The notes under the pieces are model-generated. The model saw only the letters and a list, made by a program, of their open reading frames with translations. It was not told the DNA's origin and made no database searches. The position numbers were made by a program, and so were the translations under genes. 64,000 nt of DNA. Source: Candidatus Shapirobacteria bacterium (GTDB lineage: Bacteria > Patescibacteriota > Microgenomatia > UBA12405). Positions 1 through 9,327 of this stretch are shown here, in pieces (positions within the stretch are counted from its first letter, which is position 1; each line of letters starts with the position of its first letter). The stretch spans positions 3,098 through 67,097 of the forward strand of contig JBAZYN010000001.1 in NCBI GenBank assembly GCA_041659325.1, read 5' to 3'.

Positions 1-1
1 T

Positions 2-469
2 ATCAAAGTTATGATCTATCGTTCTGACAAAACTGAGTTTACCGCCGATAATAGCACCAAGGTCGGTGAAGTTGGTATCAGCCCCGGCCAAGAGGGAAGT
101 TACACAGATATTATCTCAGGGGATTGTAACAAAGATTATTACTACGTTGTCCGCGCTTTCGATGATTCCGGCAATGGTAGCGGTGCTGTCGGAGATTCGG
201 TCACCGTTCATATCGGCTCTGTCCAAGGTACTTCTGCCACCGGCCAGCCAGGTGCCGTTCCCGTCACCGGTGTATATCTTTCAGGAGAAACCACCACCAC
301 TACTACCGGCCAGGGAGAATCGTCTCCGGTCGATTCTGATGGCTCTATTTTAGGTGAAAAAGAAGCTACCGAGGAAGCTGCCAAAGCCACCACCCGATGG
401 GCTATAATCTCCGTTGTTGCCGGTCTTCTGATCATTGGCTATGGCCTCAAAAAAAGATCTGAAAAATAA
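2..469 (+). CDS. Surface protein, 5'-truncated by the window edge; FN3-like segment (YYYVVRAFDDSGNGS), Thr-rich linker, C-terminal TM helix and basic tail (GLKKRSEK)
   Basis: Open frame continues to position 2 with no stop; C-terminal hydrophobic helix plus KKRSEK tail; a sortase gene follows immediately. Confidence 0.5.
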   Translation: MKVMIYRSDKTEFTADNSTKVGEVGISPGQEGSYTDIISGDCNKDYYYVVRAFDDSGNGSGAVGDSVTVHIGSVQGTSATGQPGAVPVTGVYLSGETTTTTTGQGESSPVDSDGSILGEKEATEEAAKATTRWAIISVVAGLLIIGYGLKKRSEK

Positions 470-1052
470 GCTAAATTACCTGCCCATTATTTTTGGGTTA
501 ATTTTATTGGCCGTCGGTCTTTTCATTCCGGCTACCATCTATTTTCCTGTGGCCAAGGCAGAAGTTATATATCAGCTAAAATCAAACTCCCAAATTTCAT
601 TTCCTTCCGTCGAGCCGGTTGATCGGGATTTTTCCATCGTTATCCCAAAGATTGGCGCCAATACCAAAGTTATCAAAAATATCGACCCCCATAACCCCAA
701 GGAATACCAGTTAGCTCTCACTAGGGGAGTTGCTCATGCTCTAAACTCCGGCCTACCCAACGAGCAAGGGAATACCTTTATTTTCGCCCATTCCGCCGGA
801 AATTGGTATCAGGCCAACCGTTACAACGCCGTTTTTTATCTATTAAACAAACTCGTCGAGGGTGATGAAATTATTGTCTATTATCAGAACAAAGATTACC
901 ACTACTTCGTCACCGAAACCAAATTGGTCAACGGTTCGGAGATAAGTTATCTCAGAAACACCTCTTTCGGTCACCAATTAACCCTCATGACTTGCTGGCC
1001 ACCGGGAACCACCCTAAAAAGGCAAATAGTTATTGCCAATCTCTCGCCCTAA
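435..1052 (+). CDS. Sortase family transpeptidase
   Basis: N-terminal TM anchor; His in FIFAHSAGNW, Cys in TLMTCWPPG (TLxTC motif), downstream Arg (TLKRQIV). Confidence 0.7.
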   Translation: MAMASKKDLKNKLNYLPIIFGLILLAVGLFIPATIYFPVAKAEVIYQLKSNSQISFPSVEPVDRDFSIVIPKIGANTKVIKNIDPHNPKEYQLALTRGVAHALNSGLPNEQGNTFIFAHSAGNWYQANRYNAVFYLLNKLVEGDEIIVYYQNKDYHYFVTETKLVNGSEISYLRNTSFGHQLTLMTCWPPGTTLKRQIVIANLSP

Positions 1053-1055
1053 ACC

Positions 1056-1694
1056 CTATTTATAGGTAATTTTAGCGTTTTTGTTCAACTCCGCCAGCCA
1101 TTTGCTGATAGCCTCATTTCCTGCCTGGCTCGTCAATTCCTCCTTGGCGGTACTCTGCATTTCTTCCTTAGTCGTTCCCTTTGGAAACTGATCCTTATTC
1201 TTTTCAATAAAATCATCAATCTGTGCCTGAGTTACTTCAGCATTGGCGTTTGCCATCACTTCTACCATTTTTTGCATTCGGATTTGGTCTTCCAGTTGGG
1301 CTCTGGTTATACCCTCAGCTTTCAGCGCCTCGTCCATCGTTTGCCCCATTGCCGTTATTTGAGTTTCAATTTTTTTAATTTCCTCATCTATTGCCTGCTG
1401 TTGGATTTGCACCCCTTTCTTTTTTGCCTCACTCCGGACCAGAGTTTCCTGCACCATTCTGTCGAGTACGGCCTTTCCGCCCTGTTTTTCCATTGTTTGG
1501 ATATAAGCAATTCTGGAAATTGGTTGCCCATTAACTATTGCCACATTCCAATATCGGTAATAACCATATCCTAAAGCGGCCAAAACTAACACCAAAAGTG
1601 CCAGGTAAACCGACACCGCTTTATTTATATTTTTTTCAGAAATAGTCACCTTTTCAACAGTTTCTATCTCAGGTTTTTTTATCTTTTTTTTCAT
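1056..1694 (-). CDS. Membrane-anchored SurA N-terminal-domain-like chaperone/foldase (PrsA/SurA-like)
   Basis: N-terminal TM helix, then a coiled, Q/E-rich domain resembling the SurA_N architecture; no PPIase motif seen. Confidence 0.4.
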   Translation of the reverse strand: MKKKIKKPEIETVEKVTISEKNINKAVSVYLALLVLVLAALGYGYYRYWNVAIVNGQPISRIAYIQTMEKQGGKAVLDRMVQETLVRSEAKKKGVQIQQQAIDEEIKKIETQITAMGQTMDEALKAEGITRAQLEDQIRMQKMVEVMANANAEVTQAQIDDFIEKNKDQFPKGTTKEEMQSTAKEELTSQAGNEAISKWLAELNKNAKITYK

Positions 1695-2281
1695 TTTTTA
1701 TTAAAATTTATTGTAACAAGGCAAGTATATCATCTCACCCCTTCAGTTTACCTTCAGAAACGATCACTAAAATCCTATTTAAGCTAATTTAACTCAACTT
1801 AGCTTATAAAAGCGCCCGGTTCCACCTGCTGGGCGTTTTTGTTTGCCTGCTCTACATCTCAACACTCGACAAACCAATGTATTATAATGAGTCAGAAACA
1901 ATATGGCTGCAAATATTGAAGTGTGTCGATGTGATCAGAAATTATGCATTAAAACTTTGGTCGGGCGACGTGAAATAAAACTTGATGATGATGCTTATTA
2001 CAACGGGCCAAATTTTCGCGATACTTGGACCATGCATCCTGACTGTCCGCTTCGGGTTGCGTCTGCCGATTCTAAACAAATTTCACCTAGAGGTAGGAAT
2101 TCATCGGGCTAAATATCTACTCTTGTCCTAGTCTCTGGATTGTTGCCACGATATCCCGAAATACCACCCAATCAACAGCAAAAAAAACAATCATAATTTT
2201 AACTACCCACCCCTTTTTCCATATCATCATAAATCACTATAGCCCGAATAAAACCCGAATGTCAATACTCAAATTCCGTCT

Positions 2282-3166
2282 CTAATTTCCACACTTCACG
2301 ATCACTTCATGAGTTTTTGCATTACCCAATTTTACTTCTGTTGTTTTTCCAAGAAGCGATTGCCCGTCATATATAATATCCGTCATTTCCCCGGGTAAAT
2401 TGTAGCTTCGTGATAAATTTAAAGCCGACAAATTAATCTCTCCGCCCTTGGTTGCATCCAGTTTAAAGCTCAATCCTGGCATTTTAGCCACATCCTGCCC
2501 GCCGGTGGCAATAGCACTTCCCGGTAGTCTTAGCCCCGGAATATTAATAACCTGTTCAGTCAATGGTTCAATTGGCCGACACCCCACATTTTTAATGGTA
2601 ATTTCCACCGCCTTGCTGTTCAAAAGTCCCGCTACCGCCACAATTCCTGCTGCCGCAATTGTTAGAGCCCCCAATGGCCCTTTGGCAGTTGCCACTATTT
2701 TTCCCACTCTTACCACCTTTTCTCCTTTGCTAATTTCAGACACCCCCTCCGCCCCGGCCAACGCCGTCTGAAGCCCGCTAATTCTTTTCACTTCGCCCGC
2801 AAGTCCGCGATAATTTCCCAAAAGTAATAACAACATTTTCTTGTACCTCTTTTGTTTTTTCGTCTTTTCCGGAATTTTTTCCAAGCTCAAACTGATTACA
2901 TCTCCGGCCTTAACCTTTTGTATTTTTTCAATAACTTTAAAAGTGGCCTCCAGCTGTTTGTCTATTACCGGGTTAAATCCTTTAATCAGGGCTGAAATTT
3001 TTTGAAATTTATCAAGACTGGTTGTCTCCTCACACAGTAATTCCAATCCTGTCTTAATTTTTTCTTTTTGTTCCGGTGTTAGTTTTTTCATATACCTTGA
3101 ATATATCAGATTTTCAAATATTCTTCGTCTGGCCGGTGTCAAAGACATTTTATAATCTGGTATCAT
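2282..3166 (-). CDS. Hypothetical protein with internal hydrophobic Gly/Ala-rich segment
   Basis: Long ORF with coding-like composition and no overlapping alternative; no recognisable motif. Confidence 0.4.
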   Translation of the reverse strand: MIPDYKMSLTPARRRIFENLIYSRYMKKLTPEQKEKIKTGLELLCEETTSLDKFQKISALIKGFNPVIDKQLEATFKVIEKIQKVKAGDVISLSLEKIPEKTKKQKRYKKMLLLLLGNYRGLAGEVKRISGLQTALAGAEGVSEISKGEKVVRVGKIVATAKGPLGALTIAAAGIVAVAGLLNSKAVEITIKNVGCRPIEPLTEQVINIPGLRLPGSAIATGGQDVAKMPGLSFKLDATKGGEINLSALNLSRSYNLPGEMTDIIYDGQSLLGKTTEVKLGNAKTHEVIVKCGN

Positions 3167-3174
3167 AAAAGCTC

Positions 3175-3624
3175 ATGATTACCAAATTAGGCAAGCAAAA
3201 ACTAGAAAAACACATCTTTGATCTGCGCCAAGAGCTAACCCGCACCGTCGAAGAGCGGGCCAAGGCTGCCTACGAGGGCGATCTGAAAGAAAATTCAGCC
3301 TATATTTTTCTTGGTGAACGTGCCGAAGTATTACGGTCTCAGATAGTAGAGGCCGAAGGAGACCTGAAAATGTCTATAATCCAAGACATGCCCCTAAACA
3401 CTGATTCCGTTAACTTCGGTCATAGCGTAACCATCCGCTACGAGTTAGACAAGAGGGAAATCACGATTACTTTGGTCGGCAAAAACGATGCCCGGCTTAA
3501 ACCGGGTTGGATTTCAGTTGAAAGCCCGGTGGGTTTGGCTCTCAAGGGCAAAAAAATAAATGAACAGGTGACTGTCAACGACCAATTAGTCACCATTCTT
3601 CATATTTCTCAGGGGGATTTGTAA
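3175..3624 (+). CDS. greA: Transcription elongation factor GreA
   Basis: N-terminal coiled coil with EGDLKENSAY (GreA acidic-tip signature); FKBP-like C-terminal domain; about 150 aa. Confidence 0.88.
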   Translation: MITKLGKQKLEKHIFDLRQELTRTVEERAKAAYEGDLKENSAYIFLGERAEVLRSQIVEAEGDLKMSIIQDMPLNTDSVNFGHSVTIRYELDKREITITLVGKNDARLKPGWISVESPVGLALKGKKINEQVTVNDQLVTILHISQGDL

Positions 3625-3638
3625 CCAAAGTCAATTTT

Positions 3639-4253
3639 GTGTCATACTTTTCCATGTCCGCAATTCTTAAATATGTTTTAGGAAGTTTACTGACAATCGA
3701 CCTGCTGATTCTCAATTATGGATTCGTCCGCTCGCTTGAAAATCCCAAGGTTATTCCTCTAAAAACCGAAAGTATACCCACTCCCACCCAAATCCAAAAA
3801 CTCACTCCAACCTTAATCTCACAGCCGGCAAGTACCGCCACCCCCACCAAACCATTACCCAAAAAATTATCCAGTCCAAAGGTTAAAACCGTCGCTTATG
3901 TTCCGATTCCTGGTAGTGGCAGCATCCTCAATCCCCAGTGGACCGATATCCCCGGCACCGAGTTTAGTATCAACACCGATGATTACCCAAATCTTACCGA
4001 TGCCCGGTTTGAGGCCAATATGAAGCTCTTGAACGGAAATGGCAAAGCTTTTCTTCGGCTTTTCGATACCACCGTTGGCATTGAGGTTTGGGGTAGCCAA
4101 ATCGAAACCGGTAGCCAAAATTTTACCTTTGTAACTTCGGGTGAAATCTATATCCGCCCCGGCAATCATCTTTACAAAATTCAGGCCAAAAGCCTGACCG
4201 CCGACACTACCGTATTAAATTCCGCCCGGATTAAGATTGTCTCCGAAAACTAG
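3639..4253 (+). CDS. Membrane-anchored or secreted hypothetical protein
   Basis: N-terminal hydrophobic segment, Thr/Pro-rich linker, beta-rich C-terminal domain. Confidence 0.45.
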   Translation: MSYFSMSAILKYVLGSLLTIDLLILNYGFVRSLENPKVIPLKTESIPTPTQIQKLTPTLISQPASTATPTKPLPKKLSSPKVKTVAYVPIPGSGSILNPQWTDIPGTEFSINTDDYPNLTDARFEANMKLLNGNGKAFLRLFDTTVGIEVWGSQIETGSQNFTFVTSGEIYIRPGNHLYKIQAKSLTADTTVLNSARIKIVSEN

Positions 4254-4411
4254 TATCATTGGTTAATCAAATTGTGTATCAGCAACATCCGTGCTATACT
4301 CCCATCTGATTTATTTTAGGCAATAGAATCGTTAAAACTGCCCTCCGCACTCTGATTGTGCATAATAAAATTTAGGGCAATATTAAGATCCCGCCTTATA
4401 GGCCACGGATT

Positions 4412-5623
4412 TTGCCACAATTTATTTTTATTATGTACTACAACAGCAAGTTTTCCCGTCCCTCATATCCCCGTCACGCTAATTTTCGTGGCGGCTTCAA
4501 AAGTAGGCCCAGAAGTTTTGCCAACCGTATCGATGTTTCAAAATATATCAGAAAATCCGAAGACTTTATAAAGATAGAAGAAACAGAAACCCAAAACAGT
4601 TTCGAGGACTTTGGTTTTAGCGACATCTTATTTCAAAATATCAAAGCCAAAGGTTACATCAAACCTACTCCGATTCAGGATCAGGTTATCCCCCAAATCA
4701 TCGCTGGTCGCGACATTTTGGGTTTAGCCAACACCGGTACTGGCAAAACCGCCGCTTTTGCTCTGCCTCTAATCGAAAAGATTCTCAAAAACCCTAACAA
4801 ACGGATGATAATTCTAGCTCCGACTCGCGAATTAGCCATGCAAATTAAGCAGGATATCCGTGATTTTACCCCAGGCTTAAGAGTCTTTTTGGCTCTAGCC
4901 ATCGGTGGTGCCTACATTCGTGATCAGATTATTGATATTAGACGTGGTCCCCACATTATCATTGGTACCCCCGGCAGAATTAAGGATTTATATGAACGAC
5001 GGATTATTGATTTTTCCAAAATGGATACCGTAGTTTTGGACGAAGTCGATCGAATGTTGGATATGGGATTTATTGATGATATCCGAATGATTCTGGACAA
5101 AATCCCCAAGACCCGTCAAACCCTGTTTTTTTCCGCCACCGTCGATAAAAAAATCGAAAGCTTAATCGATACTTTTCAAAATAATCCTGTCAAAATTTCC
5201 GTCAAAACGGAAAACAGCTCTTCCCATGTTGACCAAAATATCGTTCGGGTTGAAAGAAACAAAAAAGAAGATACTCTTTGTCAATTACTCTCCGGCGATG
5301 ATTTCAAAAAAGTTTTGGTTTTTGGCGCTACCAAAAGAATGGTCGAGAAATTATCTATCACCTTAATCCAAAAAGGTTTCAATGCCGGCGCTATTCATGG
5401 TGACAAAGCCCAGCACCAAAGACAGCAGGTCGTTAAGTTATTCAAAGAAAGCCGGATCAAAATTTTAGTCGCTACCGACGTTGCCGCCCGGGGTTTAGAT
5501 ATTGCCGATATCACCCACGTTATCAACTATGATCAGCCAAACACCTACGACGATTACATACACCGCATTGGTCGTACCGGCCGAGGCAACTGCAAAGGCT
5601 TTGCCTTAACTTTTGTCGAATAG
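4412..5623 (+). CDS. DEAD-box ATP-dependent RNA helicase (RhlE/DeaD-like)
   Basis: Q-motif PTPIQ, Walker A ANTGTGKT, DEVD, SAT, HRIGRTGRG; RG-rich N-terminal extension. Confidence 0.9.
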   Translation: MPQFIFIMYYNSKFSRPSYPRHANFRGGFKSRPRSFANRIDVSKYIRKSEDFIKIEETETQNSFEDFGFSDILFQNIKAKGYIKPTPIQDQVIPQIIAGRDILGLANTGTGKTAAFALPLIEKILKNPNKRMIILAPTRELAMQIKQDIRDFTPGLRVFLALAIGGAYIRDQIIDIRRGPHIIIGTPGRIKDLYERRIIDFSKMDTVVLDEVDRMLDMGFIDDIRMILDKIPKTRQTLFFSATVDKKIESLIDTFQNNPVKISVKTENSSSHVDQNIVRVERNKKEDTLCQLLSGDDFKKVLVFGATKRMVEKLSITLIQKGFNAGAIHGDKAQHQRQQVVKLFKESRIKILVATDVAARGLDIADITHVINYDQPNTYDDYIHRIGRTGRGNCKGFALTFVE

Positions 5624-5701
5624 GTTAAAATTACATTTGTTTTTCAAACCAGTTTAGTTCCCCTCCTTTTTCAAAGCCTGCCCGCCTCTGGAGGGGAGGG
5701 G

Positions 5702-6385
5702 TTAGGGGTGGATTTTAACTCTAAATACCCTGTAGAAATACAGGGTTTTTTCTATCACCATGGTCGCTAGAAGCCAGGCAAATCCGGCCACAAAACCCGC
5801 CGCCACATCCGACGGATAGTGAACCCCCAGGTACACCCGGCTCAATCCGACCAGAGACACAATAGAGATTGCTATTGCCAGATATTTCGACAACACATAC
5901 TGATTTTTTGTGAAACGATAGGAAAAATATGCCAAAGTAAAATAAAAAACAAACGAATTCATGGCGTGGCCTGACGGAAAGCTTGTTGTTTTTTCTTCCA
6001 CCAGGGGAGACAAGTTGGGTCGGGGCCGGTCAATAAAATGTTTCAGGGTCAAGTTTAGTCCGGCACAAACCAACAGACTCAGCCCGAACAATAGAGCCGG
6101 CCTGGTATGTTTTTTATACATTAGATATCCTATGGTCAAAACAGCTATTGTCCCTAACCAATAACCGGACCCCAAAAAGGTAACAAATTTCATCACCTCC
6201 GTCAAAATCGGGTTTCGGAAACTATAAACAAACCAGGACATTGTTTCGTCAATATAAATCATGTTTGCCCTAAAGATCCGTTCCGAAAATTCATAAAAAA
6301 CTCTGATGGATGCCAAAGAAATCACCAAGCCCGCTCCAATCTCCCCCAAAATTACCAAAATGACCCTAATGTTTTTCCACATCAC
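5702..6385 (-). CDS. PAP2 family phosphatase (phosphatidic acid or undecaprenyl-diphosphate phosphatase-like)
   Basis: KHFIDRPRP, PSGHA and SRVYLGVHYPSDV form the three PAP2 signature motifs; multiple TM helices. Confidence 0.8.
   Translation of the reverse strand: MMWKNIRVILVILGEIGAGLVISLASIRVFYEFSERIFRANMIYIDETMSWFVYSFRNPILTEVMKFVTFLGSGYWLGTIAVLTIGYLMYKKHTRPALLFGLSLLVCAGLNLTLKHFIDRPRPNLSPLVEEKTTSFPSGHAMNSFVFYFTLAYFSYRFTKNQYVLSKYLAIAISIVSLVGLSRVYLGVHYPSDVAAGFVAGFAWLLATMVIEKTLYFYRVFRVKIHP
5728..5752 (+). terminator. Rho-independent terminator downstream of the helicase gene (CCCTGTA-GAAA-TACAGGG then T6); lies within the last codons of the convergent PAP2 gene
   Basis: Perfect 7-bp stem, 4-nt loop and T-run read directly from the sequence. 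Confidence 0.5.
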
Positions 6386-6401
6386 TTAATTCTAATACAT
6401 C

Positions 6402-6659
6402 CTATTTTTCTTTTCTCTCTACCTTGATGGTGCATTCGGTCAACAGGGCGGCCAATGTCCCCACCACCGCCAAAATCGGTACCAATACTGCTCCCACCAC
6501 TCCCAGTGTCAGCGGAAATATCACTACAGTCTTACCATTCTTATCAAGAATCGAAATTTGCCGGACATTTCCTTCGCGGATTATCTCTTTAACTTTTTTT
6601 AACAATTCTTCACCCTTGACTTCAAACGTATCATTTTTTTTTGTTTTTTTAATTGCCAT
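6402..6659 (-). CDS. DUF4342 family small protein
   Basis: FEVKGEELLKKVKEIIREGNVRQISILDKNGKTV...PLTLGVVGAVL...ECTIKVER matches the remembered DUF4342 consensus. Confidence 0.55.
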   Translation of the reverse strand: MAIKKTKKNDTFEVKGEELLKKVKEIIREGNVRQISILDKNGKTVVIFPLTLGVVGAVLVPILAVVGTLAALLTECTIKVERKEK

Positions 6660-6660
6660 T

Positions 6661-7083
6661 TTATTTATTCCTTAAATATATATGAGTAATGGTTTTAACA
6701 ATCATCGCTCCACCCAATGCTATCATTATTACCGGGTCAATTTCATTTGTTTGTTTGATAATTCCCATTGCTGTCTGGTAAGCAATACCTATCGTCAACG
6801 CCCCGATCATAAACCACATGGCGTTTCTTTCTGCCTTCGCCTCATGTATCGTTTCCCTCTCATCCTTTTTCATCCGGATCATTATGTCAATTAAATCGAC
6901 CGAGAAAATCAACGCCCAAGTGAAAGTTATTCCTGTTTTCAGTGATTCCGAAACTGGCACTATCTGCAAAAGAAAAATAGGAGCGGCGACCGCCAATATA
7001 TAAAGCCACCCCTGGAGGCAATTTGGGGTAACCCCCCAGCCGCCGTATTTTCTGATACTAAACCATTTTGGGTTTCCGATCAT
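6661..7083 (-). CDS. Integral membrane protein, about 4 TM helices, unknown function
   Basis: Hydrophobic segments; translationally coupled within the minus-strand operon. Confidence 0.45.
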   Translation of the reverse strand: MIGNPKWFSIRKYGGWGVTPNCLQGWLYILAVAAPIFLLQIVPVSESLKTGITFTWALIFSVDLIDIMIRMKKDERETIHEAKAERNAMWFMIGALTIGIAYQTAMGIIKQTNEIDPVIMIALGGAMIVKTITHIYLRNK

Positions 7084-7089
7084 AATTTT

Positions 7090-7278
7090 TTAAAAAATAA
7101 ATAACTCATCAATTTTTGTTTTAAGCGCTATTGCCACATCATGGGCCAACTTCAAAGAGGGAATATATTTCCCCTGTTCTAGAAACACGATAGTTTCCCG
7201 CCTTACTCCCACCGCTTCGGCCAATTGTTCCTGAGTTAGGCCGTGTTTGGCTCGCAGTTCTTTAATTTTGGTTTCCAT
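7090..7278 (-). CDS. XRE-family (Cro/CI-type) helix-turn-helix transcriptional regulator
   Basis: [24 protein letters not shown] is a canonical HTH_XRE segment; 62 aa. Confidence 0.8.
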   Translation of the reverse strand: METKIKELRAKHGLTQEQLAEAVGVRRETIVFLEQGKYIPSLKLAHDVAIALKTKIDELFIF

Positions 7279-7282
7279 CTAG

Positions 7283-7861
7283 CTATATGTTAGAACTATC
7301 TAACATATTTGTCAAGCACTTCATAATTCCATCATAATTCACCTTCTCAAAATCCGTTGTATCTACTTCAATTAATTCTCCGACGCCCAAAGGTCCCGCT
7401 TTTCCGGCCATAAGTACTTTTTCCTGTTCCGAATAGCACAAACGGTCCACATGCCCGGGGTGGCGAAGACCACTTTCTGCCCTTTTTTTAAATCTCTCAA
7501 ACAATATTTTTCCATCAGCAAAACACAATATTTCAATCACTCTAAATGGATACTTTTTCTGTAAATCCAAAAGCATTTGTCTGTCAATTTCCGGTTTAAA
7601 ATTACTTTCCAAGACGAGCGATCGTCCTGTCTTCAATAAATTTTCCGTAATTTGGTACAAGATTTTATAACTTACTCCTCCCATTTTTTTTGACCAATCT
7701 CTGTCCGAATACCCCAATTCATCAAACAACAATTCCTTAAACATGTCCTTACTAAAATAGGGGATAGAAAATTCTTTTGAAATTTTTCCCGCCAAAGTCG
7801 ATTTTCCGGTACACGAAAGTCCCGAGACTACAATCATAGTTGGTATGCTCACATTTATCAT
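7283..7861 (-). CDS. P-loop kinase-like protein (AAA_33 / chloramphenicol-phosphotransferase-like fold)
   Basis: Walker A GLSCTGKST at the N-terminus; size and layout of small-molecule kinases. Confidence 0.55.
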   Translation of the reverse strand: MINVSIPTMIVVSGLSCTGKSTLAGKISKEFSIPYFSKDMFKELLFDELGYSDRDWSKKMGGVSYKILYQITENLLKTGRSLVLESNFKPEIDRQMLLDLQKKYPFRVIEILCFADGKILFERFKKRAESGLRHPGHVDRLCYSEQEKVLMAGKAGPLGVGELIEVDTTDFEKVNYDGIMKCLTNMLDSSNI

Positions 7862-7948
7862 TATCCCTCAAAGCAGGACTTTAAACCACTCCAATCTCGA
7901 CTAAGCCAGTCATATTGCACTTTCCAAAAATTAACCTAAGATGTAACC

Positions 7949-9318
7949 ATGTGTGGAATTTTTGGAGTTTATAGTAAAAACCTGGAAGCCTCCAGACTGG
8001 TTCATAGCGGTCTGTGGGCCCTTCAACACCGCGGACAAGAGGGTTCAGGCATTGTTTCCTCTGATGGCAGAAAATTACACGTCCATCGGGGTATGGGCTT
8101 GGTTGCTTCCGTTTACAACGAGGAAAACCTTCTCAGCTTACCCGGTCCCATTGCCATCGGCCACAATCGCTATTCAACTTCCGGCGGTGCCGGATGTGAT
8201 CACTTACAGCCGGTAATTAGAGAAGATCGGATACTCGCACTAGCTCATAATGGTAACCTTCCGACTACTGATAAATTAAAATTGTTCTTAACCTCGAAAG
8301 GGATCAATACCAACTCCTGAACGACTCGGAACTCATGAGAAAAGCCGTTGGTTATTACCTGGTCAAGGGCATGAGTTTGGAAAAGGCGGTTGAAAAATCA
8401 TACCCATTATTTACCGGAGTTTTTTCCTGTCTTTTGATGACCGCCGACAAAATCGTTGCCATCCGCGACCGTCATGGAGTCAGACCTCTGTCAATAGGCA
8501 CCCTGGAAGACGGGAGCACCGTCTTTTCATCAGAGACATGTGGTCTCAACATAATTGGTGCCAAATGGAAACGCGACGTTCTGCCCGGGGAAATGGTTTC
8601 AGTTGATCACCATGGCCTCGAATCACAGCAGTTGGTCTCCGGCAAAGAAATGATCGATGTCTTTGAGTTTGTATATTTTTCCCGGCCCGATAGCAATATT
8701 GCCGGGAAAAATGTTAATCAAGTCAGAAAAAATTTAGGACGCCAATTGGCTCATGAAGTTTCAGTTAAGGCCGATTTAGTCATCCCCATCCCTGATTCGG
8801 CCATCCCCGCCGCCATAGGTTTCTCAGAAATATCAAAAATACCCTTCGACATGGGTATCATCAAAAATCGCTATATCCACCGGACCTTTATACGCCCTGC
8901 CCAAAACATTAGGGAAGGCGACATAAAAATTAAACTTAATCCTCTCTCTTCAATAATCAGCGGCAAAAAAATAGCCCTGATGGACGATTCTATCGTCCGG
9001 GGGACTACTTCCCGGGAAATTGTTAGCCTGCTTCGCCAAGCCGGGGCCACAGAAGTCCATTTTTTAGTCAGTTCCCCTCCGGTCAAATACCCGGATTTTT
9101 ATGGTATCGATACCCCGCGCCAGGATCAGCTTATTGCTGCTGTCAAAAATATCAAAGAGACAAAAGAATATATCCGCGCCGATAGTTTAAACTACTTATC
9201 ATACAAAGGTATGCTAAAAGCCGTTGGTTTACCCGAAAATCACCTCTGCACCTCATGTTTTTCCGGTCAATATCCGATTAGTATTGGTTCTCGTCTAAAC
9301 GATATTAAAATAATATAA
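7949..9318 (+). pseudogene. purF: Amidophosphoribosyltransferase PurF interrupted by a -1 frameshift near 8303-8306 (ORF fragments 7949..8320 and 8335..9318)
   Basis: N-terminal MCGIFG Ntn amidotransferase domain runs into a TGA at 8318; the PurF alignment resumes in the -1 frame (QYQLLNDSELM resembling FQTTSDTEVI) and continues to the PRTase domain (MDDSIVRGTTS, SSPPVKYPDFYGIDTP). Confidence 0.75.
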
Positions 9319-9327
9319 TAATCCAAG

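Noticed and set aside
1903-2112. 69-aa ORF inside the long non-coding spacer
   Set aside because: No RBS or coding-like composition, an odd Cys/Arg-rich sequence, and it sits in a region better explained as ncRNA or regulatory; retained only as part of the spacer finding.
4681-5109. Minus-strand ORFs inside the DEAD-box helicase gene
   Set aside because: Antisense to a high-confidence CDS; no independent support.
8295-8310. Programmed -1 ribosomal frameshift in purF
   Set aside because: The junction (TCG AAA GGG ATC) is not an X_XXY_YYZ slippery heptamer and no downstream pseudoknot is evident; an indel (pseudogene or assembly error) is more parsimonious.
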